Under the pieces are notes generated by a model. That model searched no databases, was not told where the DNA came from, and saw nothing but the letters and a program-made list of their open reading frames with translations. Shown piece by piece: positions 62,278 through 64,000 of a stretch of DNA of 64,000 nucleotides (the first letter of the stretch is position 1; the number at the start of each line of letters is the position of its first letter). The position numbers were made by a program, and so were the translations under genes. This DNA comes from Sminthopsis crassicaudata (Eukaryota): contig NC_133618.1 in the NCBI RefSeq assembly GCF_048593235.1, positions 653,182,361-653,246,360 on the forward strand. The letters are read 5' to 3'.

Positions 62278-62521
62278 NNNNNNNNNNNNNNNNNNNNNNN
62301 NNNNNNNNNNNNNNNNNNNNNNNNNNNNNNNNNNNNNNNNNNNNNNNNNNNNNNNNNNNNNNNNNNNNNNNNNNNNNNNNNNNNNNNNNNNNNNNNNNNN
62401 NNNNNNNNNNNNNNNNNNNNNNNNNNNNNNNNNNNNNNNNNNNNNNNNNNNNNNNNNNNNNNNNNNNNNNNNNNNNNNNNNNNNNNNNNNNNNNNNNNNN
62501 NNNNNNNNNNNNNNNNNNNNN
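62278..62521. other. Assembly gap (N run)
   Basis: Directly visible. Confidence 0.99.
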
Positions 62522-62705
62522 ACACATACATATATAGTAGCATTGGGAACAATGGAAGTGTTACTCATTTAAAATAAGATCAAGTGAATATATTATTTAA
62601 CAATTACATTCAACTTTTCTAGAAACACTAGCTTTTAGAAACTGAGCATTCATAGTACATAAAAAAGAAAGACTATTAACCTCTTGTTGCTGTGATGAAT
62701 TGAAA

Positions 62706-62823
62706 TTTCATTAGGAAATAAAAGACTTAGGATAAGGGGGGAGAGGTTTCCCCATGAAACTGACCTATTGTTGTTTCATTAGGAAATAAAAGACTTAGAA
62801 TAAGGAGAGGGAGAGGTACTCCC
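62706..62823. repeat. Two-copy tandem duplication, period 68 bp
   Basis: Identical 25-mer tttcattaggaaataaaagacttag at 62706-62730 and 62774-62798, with similar following sequence. Confidence 0.9.
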
Positions 62824-62849
62824 TTGACACCCACAAGAGTTATCATGAA

Positions 62850-63010
62850 ATCTCTGAAGACCAAGTAAATTGGTTTAGAATGATGGGAAGACTTTGAAGA
62901 TTAGAAAAGATAGAAGAAAGGAGAAATCATAGAACAAGTGAAAACTAATATTTTATACGGATGTCCTCCAAATACTGAGGGTAATGGCACAAGTGAACAA
63001 GCACACAGCA
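62850..63010 (+). mobile_element. Possible ancient CR1/L2-clade endonuclease remnant
   Basis: Reads NDGKTLKIRKDR (cf. DGYTLFRKDR) and ILYGCPPN (cf. VYRPPN) in different frames. The match is weak. Confidence 0.3.
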
Positions 63011-64000
63011 GTCACAATAAAATGTATGACACTAAATTGGTGAGAACATCCACAACACAATTCTCAAGCAAATCCTCTTCCTTCTATTCTTACTTCTCCA
63101 GTCTTGCCACAAGAATCTGGGGGCCTCATGACAAAGTTGAGGTAGCTTGCCAATCCTAAGAGAAAAGATGGATTGGGGTAGAAAGGACTGATTTAGGAAG
63201 GCCCAAATCCAAATTTAGGCCTAGAAAAATGGAAAATTACCATTATATTTTTCATTAAGATGGAAACAACTCTGTAACTTTATATCCCTAGTGTTAGCCT
63301 GGTACCTGAATCATAGAAGGTCCTTAATAAACACTAGTTGATTGATTGATAGTAGACTATTAGCAACAAGGTCCTTGCACATAAAGTTGGCCATTCTTTG
63401 CTTCATGGTACTCAAGGAGATCTCCAGGAAAACCTAGCTGACTATCTCTTGGCAGGATGTGTTTCAGCAAAAACCACCTGCAATCTTACAGATGAAGATG
63501 CATAGATACATCTACACAGACTAGTCCCATAATTAATTCCTGTTTTGCAAGTTGTTCATTTGGACCAACAATCCATTTTTCCAAGCCAACTCTCCTTCCC
63601 TTAGTTTTGTTTCCATTCCTTGCTTTGCAATCAGTCAGGGGCAAGCCACAAATGCAGAATCAAATGAATAAATAAAACAAGGCAAAGGAGCATTAACAGC
63701 TCAGTCCACCATTTCTAAAGCAAAACCACCCCCTCACATCCCAATCTCCATGCTCCATGTACTTGTATCTTTTGTTTTGTTTTGTCTTCTTGACTTTGAA
63801 TAGGAGCAAAGTTGGGCCAGGTTTCCTGAATTCAATTCTTCTCAGAACCTGAAGGAACATAATTAATATGTTTCCATTTTCAATGTCTATATTGTGTGTG
63901 TATCAACTGGAACTGTTCCTGCTGTGCATTTGATTCCACTGACGCTGGGGTGGGGCGGGTTTTAAATGATGTGCGAGCACTTCTGTTCTTTCTATGCTCT

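Overview
This window is eukaryotic DNA from a marsupial, probably a dasyurid. The evidence is marsupial-type L1, MAR1-like core SINEs, a WSINE1-like 3' end, RTE-related SINEs, L2, CR1/L3 and strong CpG depletion. It is a draft assembly with N gaps. The only protein-coding sequence I can support is the 80-nt terminal coding exon of LRMDA (C10orf11) on the minus strand at 37520-37599, encoding (G)[25 protein letters not shown]. It is missing from the ORF track because it has no ATG. So 37600-64000 is the last LRMDA intron, and the sequence below 37520 is 3'UTR and then intergenic DNA (towards KCNMA1 if human synteny holds). Nearly all listed ORFs are TE remnants, low-complexity sequence or gap artefacts. 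I found no evidence of a new multi-gene system. The most notable observations are: a TSD-bounded L1 3' transduction (58493-58926); a HAL1-like L1 lacking almost all of ORF2; an orphan intronic CpG island with clustered MEIS-type motifs; an OCT/PBX-HOX/PBX-MEIS motif cluster; a ~3 kb putative 3'UTR with an internal-priming A-tract; a 7SL retrocopy; and a candidate antisense exon. Repeat family names come from remembered consensus sequences, and repeat boundaries are approximate unless a TSD is given.
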